Notes: generated from the letters alone by a model not told the origin. Counted from the whole stretch's first letter, positions 25,644 through 39,028 are shown. The stretch: 63,839 bases of DNA, filler included, from Choristocarpus tenellus KU-1152 (GCA_964200185.2; 13 parts of 13 records of this genome joined end to end with filler, not necessarily neighbours in it); one strand, 5' to 3'. Translations and numbers: made by a program.

Positions 25644-26977
25644 CTTTTTTTTTTTTGAGGTAGAATGGCAACAAGAAAACATAGCAGCAACGTACAAAGA
25701 GTGAGGGGGGGTGGGGAATGGAGATATAACCTGAAGAAATAGACTGAGGAAAGAAGAGGGGATGTTTTTGGTTGAAGTTGAAGTTGAAGTTGAAGGTAAA
25801 GGAAAGGGGATTAAGAGGGGGCCGGACAGAAGGGGGGTTGGCTACAATGGCAAACGCATTTCATGTATATCACGCTCACTAGTACTTTGAAAGAACTGCT
25901 GCAATAACTTGTGACGTAGAATGCAATAAAAAAGAGTAGTTACACCAGAGTTAAAGCAACCGAGAGGCTCCCCAGGTATTGGCAGTTCCACCTCTTCAAG
26001 TCGCTTTTTCCCCTCTCCTCTTTTGAAACCAATTATTATTTTTACGAAGGATTTGTTCGGATGGACCTCTATCGAGAGAGCCTCCTCTATTGTTGAACAG
26101 AATTCGGAGAAGTCCCACCCAATCAATACGTGTTCGAAAAAAAAAAGAATCATTTCGCACATTTGTCAGCATCCATAATCCATCCTTAAAAGGAAAACCT
26201 GGTTGCCTCTTGGTTACTCTGGGTCACCACCATCTCCTTGCTACACTACACAACCCTTTTTTTAAACCCTGCAATCCCAGAAGTATTCCCCCTCCCCCCT
26301 CCTTTCCCCATTTCAAACGAAAAAAATTATTATTATTATTTTTTTTTTAAATTAAAAAAATCAAGCACCCGGTAGTTCTCTCCACCTCTGTATACCCAAA
26401 ATGCTCCCAAGAACATATTCAACAGACTTGATGTTTCTTTCCTGGCATCCCACGACATCCACCACGATAGTTCTTAAGGATAGGCGGGGTATCTATACCC
26501 ACACAAAGATGTCACATTCGGACCACACTGCACAATCCACGATCCTGCTGTACTATCACATGCCGTGTTAAATAAGGGTTAGGATTAGGGTTAGGGTTAG
26601 GGTTAGAGTCAGTTATACTACTAGGGTTAAGGCTTCATTCCAGTGAAGCTTGGGGCACAAAAAAAAGCAGCCAAGCCTTTCCCCCCCCCCTCCAAAAAAA
26701 TAAATAAAAAATAAATGAGGACAAAAAGCTGTATACACAGCTCAATGCTACTACTGGAGCGATCGGTGCTAGTCTTTCGCCTTCCAATACACTACACTGC
26801 GCTTGACCATGCATTAAAAAATAAAATATATGTTTAGTTTTGCTTCAAGGCTGAAATCTGGTTGGTCGCAAAAGTACACGGAGATATGGTGTGATATTTT
26901 CTTGGGTTGCAAGCGACTGATTTGCGTATTCCGATGATGGACTGGGTGGGTGCTTTGCATGTGGGGGGTACGGTGGC

Positions 26978-27127
26978 TGATGTGTCTGTCGAAGGGTACA
27001 ATTGTTGATATGTCTGTAAAAGGGTACAACGGTCGATGTGTCTGTCGAAGGGTATACAATGGTTGACGTGTCTGTAAAAGGGTATACAATGGTTGACGTG
27101 TCTGTAAAAGGGTACAATGGTTGACAT
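26978..27127 (+). repeat. 28-30-bp minisatellite (TGAYGTGTCTGTMRAAGGGTA[TA]CAATGGT) x about 5
   Basis: Directly visible. A second array (about 37-bp unit, TCTGTTTGTCGTAAGAGAT..., 2-3 copies) lies at about 27417-27520. Confidence 0.85.
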
Positions 27128-28234
27128 GTTTATGTCAAAAAAAAAATCAAAACAAGACGAAAAAAGGTACTTTTCCAATGCTTTACCGCTCAATGTTTGC
27201 TCTGTAATCATTCATCATCACTTGATACTATTTTGCACAAAAAAATAGAAAATTCTTCTCTTGAAAGGACGTCAACTTGACAGATTTACCAACCCCACTA
27301 GATGCCTACAAGCTGATAATGACTCAAACAAGGGTAGGAAATATACCAAAAAGTCGTGTATAGCCCGAGCAATACCGGCAACATATGCCCACAATTGTGA
27401 CCGTTTTTTTTTTTGCTCTGTTTGTCGTAAGAGATATTAATTAACACCATGTATCTGTTTGTCGTAAGAGATGTCAATTAACATCGTGTGTCTGTTCTAA
27501 GAGATGTCAATTCACACATCATCTGTCGACGGAGTACAAACAACACACCCGCGAGAGATGTATTTTATTCTTCTTTTTTTTTTGCCAAGGTTGAGAAACA
27601 CGCTCAAAAGCTTTCAACTACAACTCCTACAACTCCATGGCACCAAAAATAGCATAAGGAGAGTACCCCCCCCCCCTTCCCNNNNNNNNNNNNNNNNNNN
27701 NNNNNNNNNNNNNNNNNNNNNNNNNTTAATTAATTAANNNNNNNNNNNNNNNNNNNNNNNNNNNNNNNNNNNNNNNNNNNNAATATGTGATGCAACTCAA
27801 GTGACGTATACTATACTATTCGTGTGGAACGCAGAGCGACTGTTCTGTACTAAGGTGTTCAGATGGTAATTGATGTGGTGATGATGAACTAGTAAAAGTA
27901 ACATCCAGCACGTAACAGACCAATCAACAGTCAGTGTTGACTGGTGGAACTGTATCGCATCAAGGAACAAACAGATGAATAGCCTATGATTTAACAGCTT
28001 TTGTCTGGTATACGTAGCACTCACTCCCCCAGACTCTCAACCTGTCGTAGTTGAATGGCTTTCCTGTGAGTTGCTCGCAAGGTGTTAAAACATAGGTTGC
28101 TTCATTTGTTTTTCTGATTTTTGATTGGTCCGTTACGCACTGGTCGTTACTGTCACTCGTTCATCATAATCACATCAATTACTGTCAGAACACCGCAGTA
28201 CAGAACAGTTGGTCCGCATCCCATATACAGGAAT

Positions 28235-28490
28235 GAGCTAAAGTATCTTAGAGGGTAGAGCAGCGTCCATTTGGGGGTCAAAATCCAATGCTATGATTTT
28301 TATGTAATTTTGGCTATGGTGTTTGTTAGGAGGTATCAATGTCTATGTTTCGGACAAACCTTTTCATAACGTAAACATTTTATCTATTCCTGAATATTTT
28401 GGATAGGAAAATGTAATAAAAAAAAATGGGAAGCGAAGCCCCAAATGGACAAACAGGGCAAAACTCCTACCCTCTAAGATACTTTCACTC
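28235..28490 (+). mobile_element. MITE family A copy
   Basis: GAGCTAAAGTATCTTAGAGGGTAG...CTACCCTCTAAGATACTTTCACTC; no clean TSD. Confidence 0.85.
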
Positions 28491-29549
28491 TATGTCCACT
28501 GTCTCTCTTTTCCATCGAGGTTAACCTTTTCAATTGTTCACCATACCCTACCTGATTTTTCCGGATGTGCCACTCCTATCGTGTGTGCTCATTTTTTCAC
28601 GAATGTTGAAACGAGACAGTACACAAGTCAAGACTCGTACTACGAGGAGTGGATGGCGGCGATCTCTTCCTGACGATCGTCAAGAAGTCCAAAGGTGTGT
28701 AACCTTCAAAGAAGACGACCCTGGTGGTACAGGTGAGCATAACATTGGGATACATATAGTGCGTTCGCCCTCTCTTGCGTGTTTTTGATTGGATCAGAAA
28801 TTGACACTTGGATAACCCTTGCCCCGTTCCTTCTTCACTTGTGTGGCATTATAGGTAGAGGGGAAAACAAGGGGAACGGACGTTGACAAGGAGGGTATGG
28901 ACAGAAACGATTTGTGAATTCAAGTTGTTCCAGCGGGCCAATAATTTTGTACTTTTTTACAAATCCGTACTGTCGCGGTTTGCGCGGATATGACTTCTTT
29001 GATATATATCTAAATCAGGGTTACCGAAAAGGTATTTTAAAGGGCACCGTTTAGGGCAACTCGTATATCTTGGAAACAGTTTTTCACGGCTTCGTTTTAA
29101 CATCAACCGGGATAGGTTAAACGCGTATGTTATGAAGCAGGTCTTATGCGCACATGACTTTGAAAATGTGTATCGTGCTTGGTGCTGTGGTCATGTACAC
29201 TCTAAGCCCAACACAATTCAAACCGAAGACACGCTAAAGAAAGTTGCCGCACACCTCAAAACAACTTCCGATCCTATCCTTTTACGTTGGGGTAGTGCTA
29301 TTCTGTAAGCCTACGAGATTGATCTTGTTGACCCTTTAATTCCTCTTGTCACACGCTGCTCAAGTTGGTAGGCAATTGCATATTCCATTTCAAGCAATAT
29401 TCAAAAGTCTACCACATGCCTTTTAACTCTATATACCCCATTCCAATGCTTCTTCTGACGCTGTTTTGACAATTCTTTTGCATACCCCCGCATCCGGCCT
29501 CTCCAAGCTGCTGGAGAGGTAACAGTTCTTGTTGCAGGGACCGGAAGGA

Positions 29550-30963
29550 TTTCGAAGGCGGTCCACGAAGAGGAGGACATCCGAAAGGAGGATCACATTC
29601 TACAACAATGGCTCGCTGTGTGTAGTTTAGCGGGTTGCAATCAGCACCCCGAGGATCTGAACGGAGCTCTGAGGGCTGCCTCCGACATCCAACCTTTTCG
29701 TCGCCTGGAAAAATCCACGAAGGACCACCCCATCAGCATTGATGGGTCAGGAGAGGGAGGAGAGGTTATTGCAGATGTTGGGGTGGGGCGTGGTGTCCCT
29801 TCCAAAGGGAAGGGAAAGGATAGGGGCCTCCAGCCTTCGACGAAACAGGGTGGTAACTCTTCCTGTGAAGATCACAGTAAAAGATGCAGACCCGCTCCTA
29901 AAGTCCTAGGACGGTAGGATGGTGAACAACTATGACGACCTCTTCGGGGATATCGACGAAAACCCCGAGTCGGACTGCAACGTGGAGGAAATGGAGGACT
30001 TCGACACCGGAAGAGAGTGGTTCTGTGCGCAGCGAAATCTCCTGCGACGTGGAGAAGTCATCTTCGGCGGTGGACATCGACAGCTCGAATGGCGAAAATG
30101 GTGAACCTGAAGACCTGGGGAGGGTTGAGGTTGTACGAGACATGCACGCCCGATTGAATTGCGGCTCAAAAAGGAAGTTTGCTGTGGAGGAGGAGGAAAG
30201 TGTGCGCTCAAATTGTGGGCGTCGAAACGCAAAGAGGAGCACAAAGGGGAGTTCAAAAGGACCTACAGGGAAAAGGTCGAAGGCGGAGCTATCAAGGCGC
30301 AATGACCACGATGGGAGAGGGGAAGTGAGGAATGATGAGGGTGCCTCTGTCCTCGAAGAAGACGGACTACCTCTTTCCTCCCTGTTGGATGGAGCAAGTG
30401 GGGCCAGTACGCTAGGGAATGATCCACGTGAGGAAAATGAGGGGGAAGCCATCGTATCCGATGGTAAGATCGATTATGGGATTACTATCGAATTTCTTGA
30501 AGATTGGGCAGATGCTTTGTTAAGAAATAGCTTTTAGAAGGAGTGTGTCAGGAGCGGCATTTTCAAAAATCGAAACCCGACAGTAACATCCAATGTTCTT
30601 AAACAGGTGATTGACCGTCACGGGTTCGTGACGGCGAAGACAGGGGTTAAGGCCAAACCCATGATTGTTGACGATTATTGCTACGTCCACCGCGCTATCC
30701 TCAAGGGGTGCAATGATCGGGGCGAGATCACAAGACGCACGTTGCAAATGGAGGATATAAATATCCTCATCAAGAGAAAGGCCGTATTCCTTTGCGGTGT
30801 GGAAGCAGAGGAGTGGATCGACCGATATTCGTCGCCTCATAACTTGTGGCACACTCTGACAGAAACGTTCCCCAGGCTACAGGGTTGGTGCAAGATAAAA
30901 GATGGACACCGTTTCCTAAGTTTCAACGAGATGATTGAGAAGAAAATCCAAAGTAAGAACTAG
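29550..30963 (+). pseudogene. Disrupted gene of unknown family (acidic/low-complexity region plus conserved C-terminal domain), probably repeat-borne
   Basis: Overlapping frameshifted ORFs 29618-30537, putative donor GATG|GTAAG at about 30464, acceptor AAACAG|30607, and an intact last exon 30607-30963 with a paralog at 19427-19801. Confidence 0.5.
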
Positions 30964-33900
30964 AGTAGTAGAGTATCAACCGTTGTTGATTATTTCAACG
31001 ATTGATTAGCGAAAGAGCGTCATGCGTTATCACGAATCACCTTCCTTAGAGATTGTTGCAACCCCTAGGTACAAGATACGGCCTACACTCCTAAGGAGTG
31101 ACTGCCAATGCGGGCTTGATTGTTTTTCAGATCTTGAGAGAGACCATGTTATCTTCGCGGAAGCATAATATTTCCCTTTTCCTAGAGTAACAGTTCAACC
31201 TCTCTTGGTCGATAAATTACATGCGTTTCGAGTGTGTGTAAAATGCAGTTGCTGTGTGTTAGATCGAGTTTCAAATGATTTTGCTGGACTGGGGGCATGG
31301 ATGTGTGTTATGGTTTATAGTTTCACCATTGCATTTTAAAGTTAACTGCAAACTTTAACACCCGACATCTATTCCACGTTCACATGTTCCATGACCGGTA
31401 ATGTAGTGTATAACTTACATTATATTGAGGTATTGAGCCAAAATTGATTCTTTATGATGTTTTGCATGTGTCTTCTGCAACAGTTCAGCCTCTCTTGATC
31501 ACGACAAGCGCTTCCTCACATGTTCAAGGCCTCACGAGTTGTTCTCGCCTATGTANNNNNNNNNNNNNNNNNNNNNNNNNNNNNNNNNNNNNNNNNNNNT
31601 TAATTAATTAANNNNNNNNNNNNNNNNNNNNNNNNNNNNNNNNNNNNNNNNNNNNAACAAAAAACAACCCCCCCCCCCCCCCACCCCCACCCCCCCCACC
31701 CCCCCCCCCCCCCCCCCCCCCTCCAGATACTTTGAGTTAATGCAAGTAGAAGTTAGGGTTAGGGTAAGAAGCACAGGGGGTCAGTTGAATAACAGTTACA
31801 AATATCCACTACTTCTTGACAAGCAATAGGTATCAGTATCTTAATAATAGCAATCACCAGTAGATCGTTGAAGAGAATACATAGCTTACTGACGTGTGAC
31901 TTAGGGCTCAACAATGAGGCTACCAAAGTACCAAGTCAGCTAATCAGCCACAGCGATTTCATTTGGGTGTCCCCAAAATTGCATGTATCCAAAGCACACA
32001 AGCCAAACCAAGTGAGAGGCAGGCATGTTTGTAACCTTTTGCATTCTAAGCCACCTTTCTAACCCTATGCAATACACTCTATTTCATTGCTGTATGTGCA
32101 GAATGGTGTACCCAAAATTGAGTGACACCACATTTAATCAAAGGCTCTTTCTTCAATGATATAAATGAGATATTTTGCCCTTTCTTGGGATTAAAAAAAC
32201 GCAACCCTGCACACCTCTCAATTGGATTGACTCTGTCCAAAAAACGAAAACAATGCTCTATTCTACCTCAAGAAAGCTGCCCCTGAGGAGGTGGATATTT
32301 TGTAGCTATTGCCAGACATCCCCACATCCTCTTCTATCTGTAGTTTGACAAAAAAAGACAATTTTTTATCAACACCATAATGGGGGTGGTCCAGAAATGT
32401 GATTTGTTATTTTGTGCGATCTGGAGGGAACCTGGCCTCTGATAATCTCACTGATTAGCTTAGAATAAACCTCCGCAAGCCACTTTGAAGGTCAAAGTTA
32501 CACACACACCTCACAGCTACACATGTATGCCTGCCTACCTTGATCATCAAATTTTGCACAGCCAGGAACAGCCCACCCCTTCTATCCAGGCACAACTCCC
32601 CCATGTGTACATTCCCCTTGTGCGACTCAAGCACTGCGTTTGCTATGTGGCGGATATTCTCCTTCTCATCTTTTCCCCCCAGCACTGCCCGCATGGGTTT
32701 AGTTACCCAGGCACACCCCTCTCGCACAGAGCACCCAACACCATATGTTTTTACAACTACTGCTGCTCAAACACAGTGGCTAGTTCGTAGAGGATGTTCT
32801 TCTCCTCCTTCCCCCTCGACACAACCCCTGCGATTGTTCCCAGGCATGACCTCCCCACTGTTTCTTTCCTCCTGGGGTTGCTAGGACACTGTCGGTACAA
32901 ACTTACAAACTGGAGGAGGTTCCCCTCCTCTCTGACTTGAAGTACAGACATTCTTGAATCCCCTCACATCATTGCGCTATCCTGCCCATAGAAAGTTGGC
33001 AGTAGCCCATTACGGCTGTTGAAACTGAGACACGAGAGTACTTAAAAGGGATATCGCTCGACATGAATTTCGCAAGATGTTCGCTCAGTGCGTGTAAATT
33101 TCTCCAGAGGGATGTGATCCTGTTGATAATCTACAAAGAAACTATTTGAAACTTGAGGCGCGGAGACCAAGGACACAAGAGGATATGGTTGCGAGTGACA
33201 CCGAGGAAAAAAAAAACTTTGTCACACGTTAGTCTGATGCACAGATACGAGTGCAGCTACACAATTGAGAACAGGTCACAATCCCACCTTGGTCCCTTGG
33301 ATCCCGCAGCTTCAACCCCCAACGCCTTCCACACCTGGAAGATCCAATGAACATAATTCCTTACCTCCATGCGACCATATTACCATGAGCGATACACTCG
33401 AGTTGTCCATTTCGAGAGGCGGGAAGTAGGGCAACAAAGTGGATTCCTTGGTACAATTGTCTACAAAACGGTTCCTCTCGTGTTGCAATGGATTTCATCG
33501 CAGGGAACAACGAGTACAAACCGAGAGGCAAACAGTGCCAGACTGCTCAAAAATATTGGTCGTCGCCGCATAGGCGATGGGAAGAGCTTGGTACGACTTC
33601 AATTGAGCAGCCATCATCTTTGAACCACACGTGTTCTTCAGTCTCCTAAGTACCCATGACACCGCAGTATTCAGCTCGAAGCCTATGCCCGTCACTGTAT
33701 CCTCATAAGCCATGATTCAGTGTTCAAGAATCTTGTATGGGTATTGGCTTTCCAGGGTTAGACGTAACGGTGGAGTGGTGTGTGTCATGGTGATCTTGGG
33801 AGGTCTTATACAATATATGGCGTTGTCATAATCGAAATTAAATCTGTAGTATAGCTCACATGTACACGGTTCTCTTTTTCCTGTTCAGATATTCAGTGAA

Positions 33901-34257
33901 AAGCAAAACCAAACGGAAAAAAAAATGTGCGTATAATAGGAGTTGATCTAAGAACGGTATCACTTGAACCAAAGATCTAGATGCTGAAGGACAAAGTGGT
34001 CGAGGTTTCTTAAAAGTACTGGACGATGTGGACATTCAGGACCGACCGCTAACCCATGTTAGTCTGCACCACTGCAGTTCCTACAGGATGTTCATTGGTT
34101 TCGGTAAACAGAAACATACGAGTCACCCTGTCTTATAGGGAGGCACTACTAGTGCGAACTGTGTCCAAGGGCATTGATTTTGGCATTGTGTTTGTTAGCA
34201 AGTGTCAATATCCTTGCTCCGAACACATCTTTCATAGTCGTATACATTTTAGGTAGC

Positions 34258-34521
34258 TGACCCAAAGCATTGGAGAGGGTGGGGGTGGGGGTACTTCCCT
34301 TCGGGAAAATAATCCAATGTTGCGATTTTGATGAATTTTGACTATCGTGCTAGTTAGCAAGTGTCAATATCCTTGCTCCAGACACATCTTTCATAATCGT
34401 ACACATTTTAGGTAACTGCGTTCACAGAGAAAATCGAAAAAGGGCATTAAAACCTCTTGGCAAGCCAAGCCACGAATGGACAAACAGGGCAAAACTCCTA
34501 CCCTCTTAAATGCTTTGGGTT
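34258..34521 (+). mobile_element. MITE family A variant, preceded by a partial duplicate of its interior (about 34175-34257)
   Basis: GACCCAAAGCATTGGAGAGGG...CTACCCTCTTAAATGCTTTGGGT; internal AAGTGTCAATATCCTTG motif shared with family A. Confidence 0.7.
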
Positions 34522-35515
34522 TCAAGTGTTTCGACATTCCAGTTGAAAAGTGAGGTTTTATTGCTCAAACCCAAACATATTATATTTTGAGGCAAACCAA
34601 TTGAGAGGTAGGCAAGGTTGCATTTTTAGGATCTTGAGAAAGGGCAAAAAGATACAATTTTGTACAATTAACAGCCGATTTCAAAAATTGAGGATGGAGC
34701 TTTTCATTGAGGATGGGCTTGACCCAAAATTGACTGGGATAACGTGTCGATATGTTTTTTTTTGCATTTAAAAAAAGGGTAAGTGTTACAGGCGATATGT
34801 CTTGATGGCAGTTTCATAAACGCCATTATGACATTGAAGTTCTAGATTTGATATATTTGTACTCCTTGATTATTTATTTATTATTTGGTCATTATGATCC
34901 CNNNNNNNNNNNNNNNNNNNNNNNNNNNNNNNNNNNNNNNNNNNNTTAATTAATTAANNNNNNNNNNNNNNNNNNNNNNNNNNNNNNNNNNNNNNNNNNN
35001 NATCAATATTAGACTCTATATCAGGCATAGGCCAAGACTGTCGAACAAGGTGTTTGTTAACAGTTGACCTATAGTCTACACAGAATCGTGGGGAGCCATC
35101 AGATTTGGCCACAATAGTAACAGGACTACCCCAAGGGCTGGCACGTTTTTCAATAATGCCTTGCTCATCAGATTGAGCCTAACCCGCCTGACCTCCTGGA
35201 GAGTTATGCCCTGTTTTGCAAATGTAAGTATGTGTCGAACAGCACCCGTTGGGAAGTCTCTTTCACCAATCACACGTGGAGTCTTGGCCTGGAGGGCAAC
35301 AACTGTTTGAAGCCTGGTGCAGTCCCAGTCTTGGTCCGTAACATCTGCTGTGGATAATGACCCGAACATTTGGATCCCCAATGAAAAAGGAGGGGATCTT
35401 TGTCGTAGCACTATTGCTTCCCTCGGTCCCAGTCTCAATCCCACCTCAACCTCAATGGGGGGATCATCGCCACTTTCAATGCTCGTTCCTTGGCTCTGTT
35501 TCACCTCCTCTACTT

Positions 35516-35773
35516 GAGTGAAAGTATCTTAGAGGGTACGAGTTTTGCCCTGTTTGTCCATTTCGGGCTTGGCTTCCTATGGGTTCTCTTATGACATTTT
35601 CCTACTCCAAAATGTTTCGGAGTGGGGAAAGTGTGTACGTTATGAAAAGTTGTGCCCAAACATGGATATTGACACTTTCTTACATAAACGATAGTCAAAA
35701 TTACATCAAAATTGCAACATTTGATTTTGGCCCCCAAGTGGACGCGGCTCTACCCTCTAAGATACTTTGGCAC
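35516..35773 (-). mobile_element. MITE family A copy (reverse orientation)
   Basis: GAGTGAAAGTATCTTAGAGGGTA...TACCCTCTAAGATACTTTGGCAC; 4-bp TSD ACTT/ACTT. Confidence 0.88.
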
Positions 35774-37117
35774 ACTTTACACGGCTGAACCTCTCTATCA
35801 CCAGTATCTACAGACGTTGCGCAACAGAGTTTCCCCCTGTTGTTTGTTATTGGACATAGTCTATGTTGATGTGCGTTGGGGAGACAATGACCCTACCCTT
35901 TGGTTCCAAGCTGTATTTCCGAGGTGGAATAATCAAAGTTGGGCAGGAAATCGTGAGTAAACCTATCCTGAGGTGTCTAATCAACTTTGGTGAGGCAGCG
36001 CAAGAAAGCAAGGCCATGCCCAGTGAGAGCAGGGGAGACATGGTAATAGAATAGCACTGAGGCGATGATGTGCTTATGTGGAGTACCCTCCACAAGCTAC
36101 ACATCGTCATGTGTCTGCCAGGGGTGAGGATGTAGTTTGCCGCTTTCACAAATGACTTGCAGAGGTAAGAGGGGAATGGATTCACAAGAACATACAACAT
36201 CCGAGATCTCATCGTCTATTTCTTGTTTTAGTACTTAAATTCTATCGCTTTTAGTTCCATGAGTATGACATGTAGGGCAAACATAAACAAGACTATAACA
36301 CTATACAAGAGCTCCCCTCCAGGCAAGGCAAAATAAATGTACCAATATACTCCGGAGTAGTACTCCTAGAAAAACAAAGGGTAGGTCAATAGAAAACAAT
36401 TTGTCCACTTTGACTTTTTGCTCCACCACAATGGAACACATTTACCTTTACCCAATCAAAAAGCACAATGCCGTAGTCACAATTTTATCAGGAAATACCG
36501 CCTCCTAGAACCAGACCTGCACTTGTCAACCCCTGAGGTTGAGCTTAGTGTCCCTCTCTATGATGGTGACCACAACAGGCAAATCTTGGAGAGGAGGTAA
36601 CACTCCCTCAAAAATATCCGATATACCATTGTGTAGTACTTTGTGCTCCAATTAATCAAGGAGGTTGATGTAGCAGACAATCTCCACTGTCCCAACAACG
36701 TTCACATCAACTTCTGCTGAGAGCCATGCACGCGAGAAAAATTTGGTAGGTGCAAACTGTGAACATCCCGTCGCGTTTGATACCTCTCAAGGCCAACCAA
36801 TGGGAAGGTTTCTACACTACTGCCTGATTGAAGGCGAGACACGCCTCGAACATAGCAAGTAGAACAAGCCGGATAGGAAAAAAGGTAGATCAAGGAGCAC
36901 AGAAAAAGAGAACAATTCCAAAAACATTCGATGAATAACTCAACTATTCAAAATGCAAAAATATATACTATAGCGCTGGAACAAACCAATAGTCAGACTG
37001 TGACTACTACTACTGTTTTGAACCAAAAGAATTCAAGACTGCAACTAAATTGGCTGGGGAAAAGTTTGGTAAATTGGACTGAACTGTCAGTACACCAAAG
37101 AAAGGATCGAAGCGAAA

Positions 37118-37166
37118 AACAGCCGATTTCAAAAATTGAGGATGGAGCTTTTTGAAATCGGCTGTT
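37118..37166. mobile_element. 49-bp hairpin micro-element (18-bp perfect inverted repeat)
   Basis: AACAGCCGATTTCAAAAA-13 nt-TTTTTGAAATCGGCTGTT flanked by GAAA/GAAA; the same left end recurs at 34670 and 47724. Confidence 0.7.
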
Positions 37167-38781
37167 GAAACGCGCGCAGGTTACCAAGAAAAGAGTGGTG
37201 CCGTGACTCAATATTTCCAAAGCTCGGCAGGAAGGTCCACAATACAGATATGAAAAGTACGATGTGTAGTACGTTGTGAGTAGTGATACCTTGCGACGAA
37301 TTTGTGGTTTTGCGACCTTGACACATCCAGTAGTCCCCCATCCCATTGTATTGTGATCATAAAAAATAACCGAACTTTTTCAGTTCAGTTGGTCTATTCC
37401 GATGGATTGAACTGTGGCGATTCACAACAACACCAGTCATACCCAGTCTTCCCATTTAAGCATACAGCACACAGGCAATATCTCTTCTACTTTTAAAGTG
37501 TACAATAGAGCGCTGAGGTTTCCATGAGGGCGCGTTCTTATCGGTGCAAAATGTCATATTCTCCTTTCTACGTTACATTGCTGCATACCTCCATATTATA
37601 TATATATCCGTTTTTTGTTGTTGCATGTTTCATTATCCTACCACTATAAATACACGTAGTAGTAAGTAATCTCTCCTTGTGTTGCCTTTCTGACTACAGA
37701 TCCGAGCCTGTCAAACGCTGTTTTGTTTCAAATGCTTGACTATCATTGCTTCCAATTATTGCAACATTCATGCACTTATCAATCAACCATAGTTTGGGCT
37801 GTACAGGAGTGCCCAGCCTGCTCGCGGCACAGTAGAGACACGAGAGAGACCTGAGTATGTGGGGTGTGATCGATCGGAAGTGTGACCTTCGTGTATGAGA
37901 AAGAGTAAATGGTAGTGGCTACCAAGTTATGGGGTCCATAACCTTTTGACACATGATACGTTGTGGCCAGCATCTCACAACAACAAATGATGAGGGAACC
38001 CTGCTGCTGCTGCTGCTTCTTCGCTCTCTCCAACACATGCCCACCTTGCAGATTGGACATCTTGTGTGTAAAAAAAACTAGGTAGCACACACAAATAGGT
38101 AGATTCATAGTGTTACAATATTCGGTATCCCTGTCCCTCACCTGCCTGGTATATTGAGGAGAGACCTCAGAGTCTCAGTGTCCAATGCACTATCAGCAAA
38201 ATTGACGTATGGCAGTGATTACGGCTTACTATACTACTTTAAAGTAGTTTAATCCTCAAAGACACCCTTCACTCCGGAAAGACCTGACTACATGTGACCT
38301 AGGTGACAAAGAGAAAAATTTGATGGGGGCAAGTTTGTTGCAAGATCCTTTGGAGGACGATCCAAGATCAGGTCTAGAACACCCACCATAAATTGACTGC
38401 AGTCCAACCAACTTTATAATAAAAACAAAGGTGCATAACAGCTGAAGTAATCCTTCCACACATAAGTGCCATGCTTATGTTAGGTTGCCTCAGCACTTGG
38501 TGAGGTTCTTTGGGGTAGCACCCACTCCCCACCGCTGTGTCTGAAGTATGCGTTGTAAGCCAATACCAGAAGGTAGATGCTACTTCCAGCGCCATGCAAT
38601 ATTTCAACCAAGTCTTCAGCCCTACAACAAAAAAATCTTCATTGAGGCCTCACACGGAGAAATCGTGTCATCACCCTGAACTCAGTTTTGAACTAAATAT
38701 AGTCAGTAATAGTCACAAATGCAGCATCTCCTCACGCAAAATATCAACAAACCTATTACTATGTGAGGCAGCAGGTCCTCT

Positions 38782-38901
38782 CTAGATGTCTGCCAATGTC
38801 ATGGGTCCATTGAAGCCACCCTCCTTTGCTAATACGTTGACACCTATCTTCTCTACAAACTCCAGCAGTTCTTCTGTAGAGGCAAGGGTGTCCACCTCAT
38901 C
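38782..38901 (-). CDS. Orphan terminal exon, unknown protein
   Basis: (TG)n tract then TTACAG| DEVDTLASTEELLEFVEKIGVNVLAKEGGFNGPMTLADI* (120 nt, protein-like composition). Confidence 0.5.
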   Translation of the reverse strand, partial: DEVDTLASTEELLEFVEKIGVNVLAKEGGFNGPMTLADI

Positions 38902-39028
38902 CTGTAATCCACACACACACACACACACACACATGAGAAAAGGGCATTGATGTCAATGAGCGCATGCACCTCCATTCCAGACATTGCAACAATGCACTGT
39001 TGTCCATTGCTAAAGCAAATGTACGTAA

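Noticed and set aside
26978-27520. 28-37-bp repeats superficially like a CRISPR array
   Set aside because: Head-to-tail tandem units with no unique spacers, no cas genes, eukaryotic context.
29898-30452. 184-aa minus-strand ORF
   Set aside because: Antisense shadow of the purine-rich plus-strand frame.
37990-38200. Possible minus-strand micro-exons giving ...LLNIPGRCPICK (RING-like end)
   Set aside because: Very short, lies downstream of a stop-terminated exon, and has no other RING residues; could be chance within a 3' UTR.
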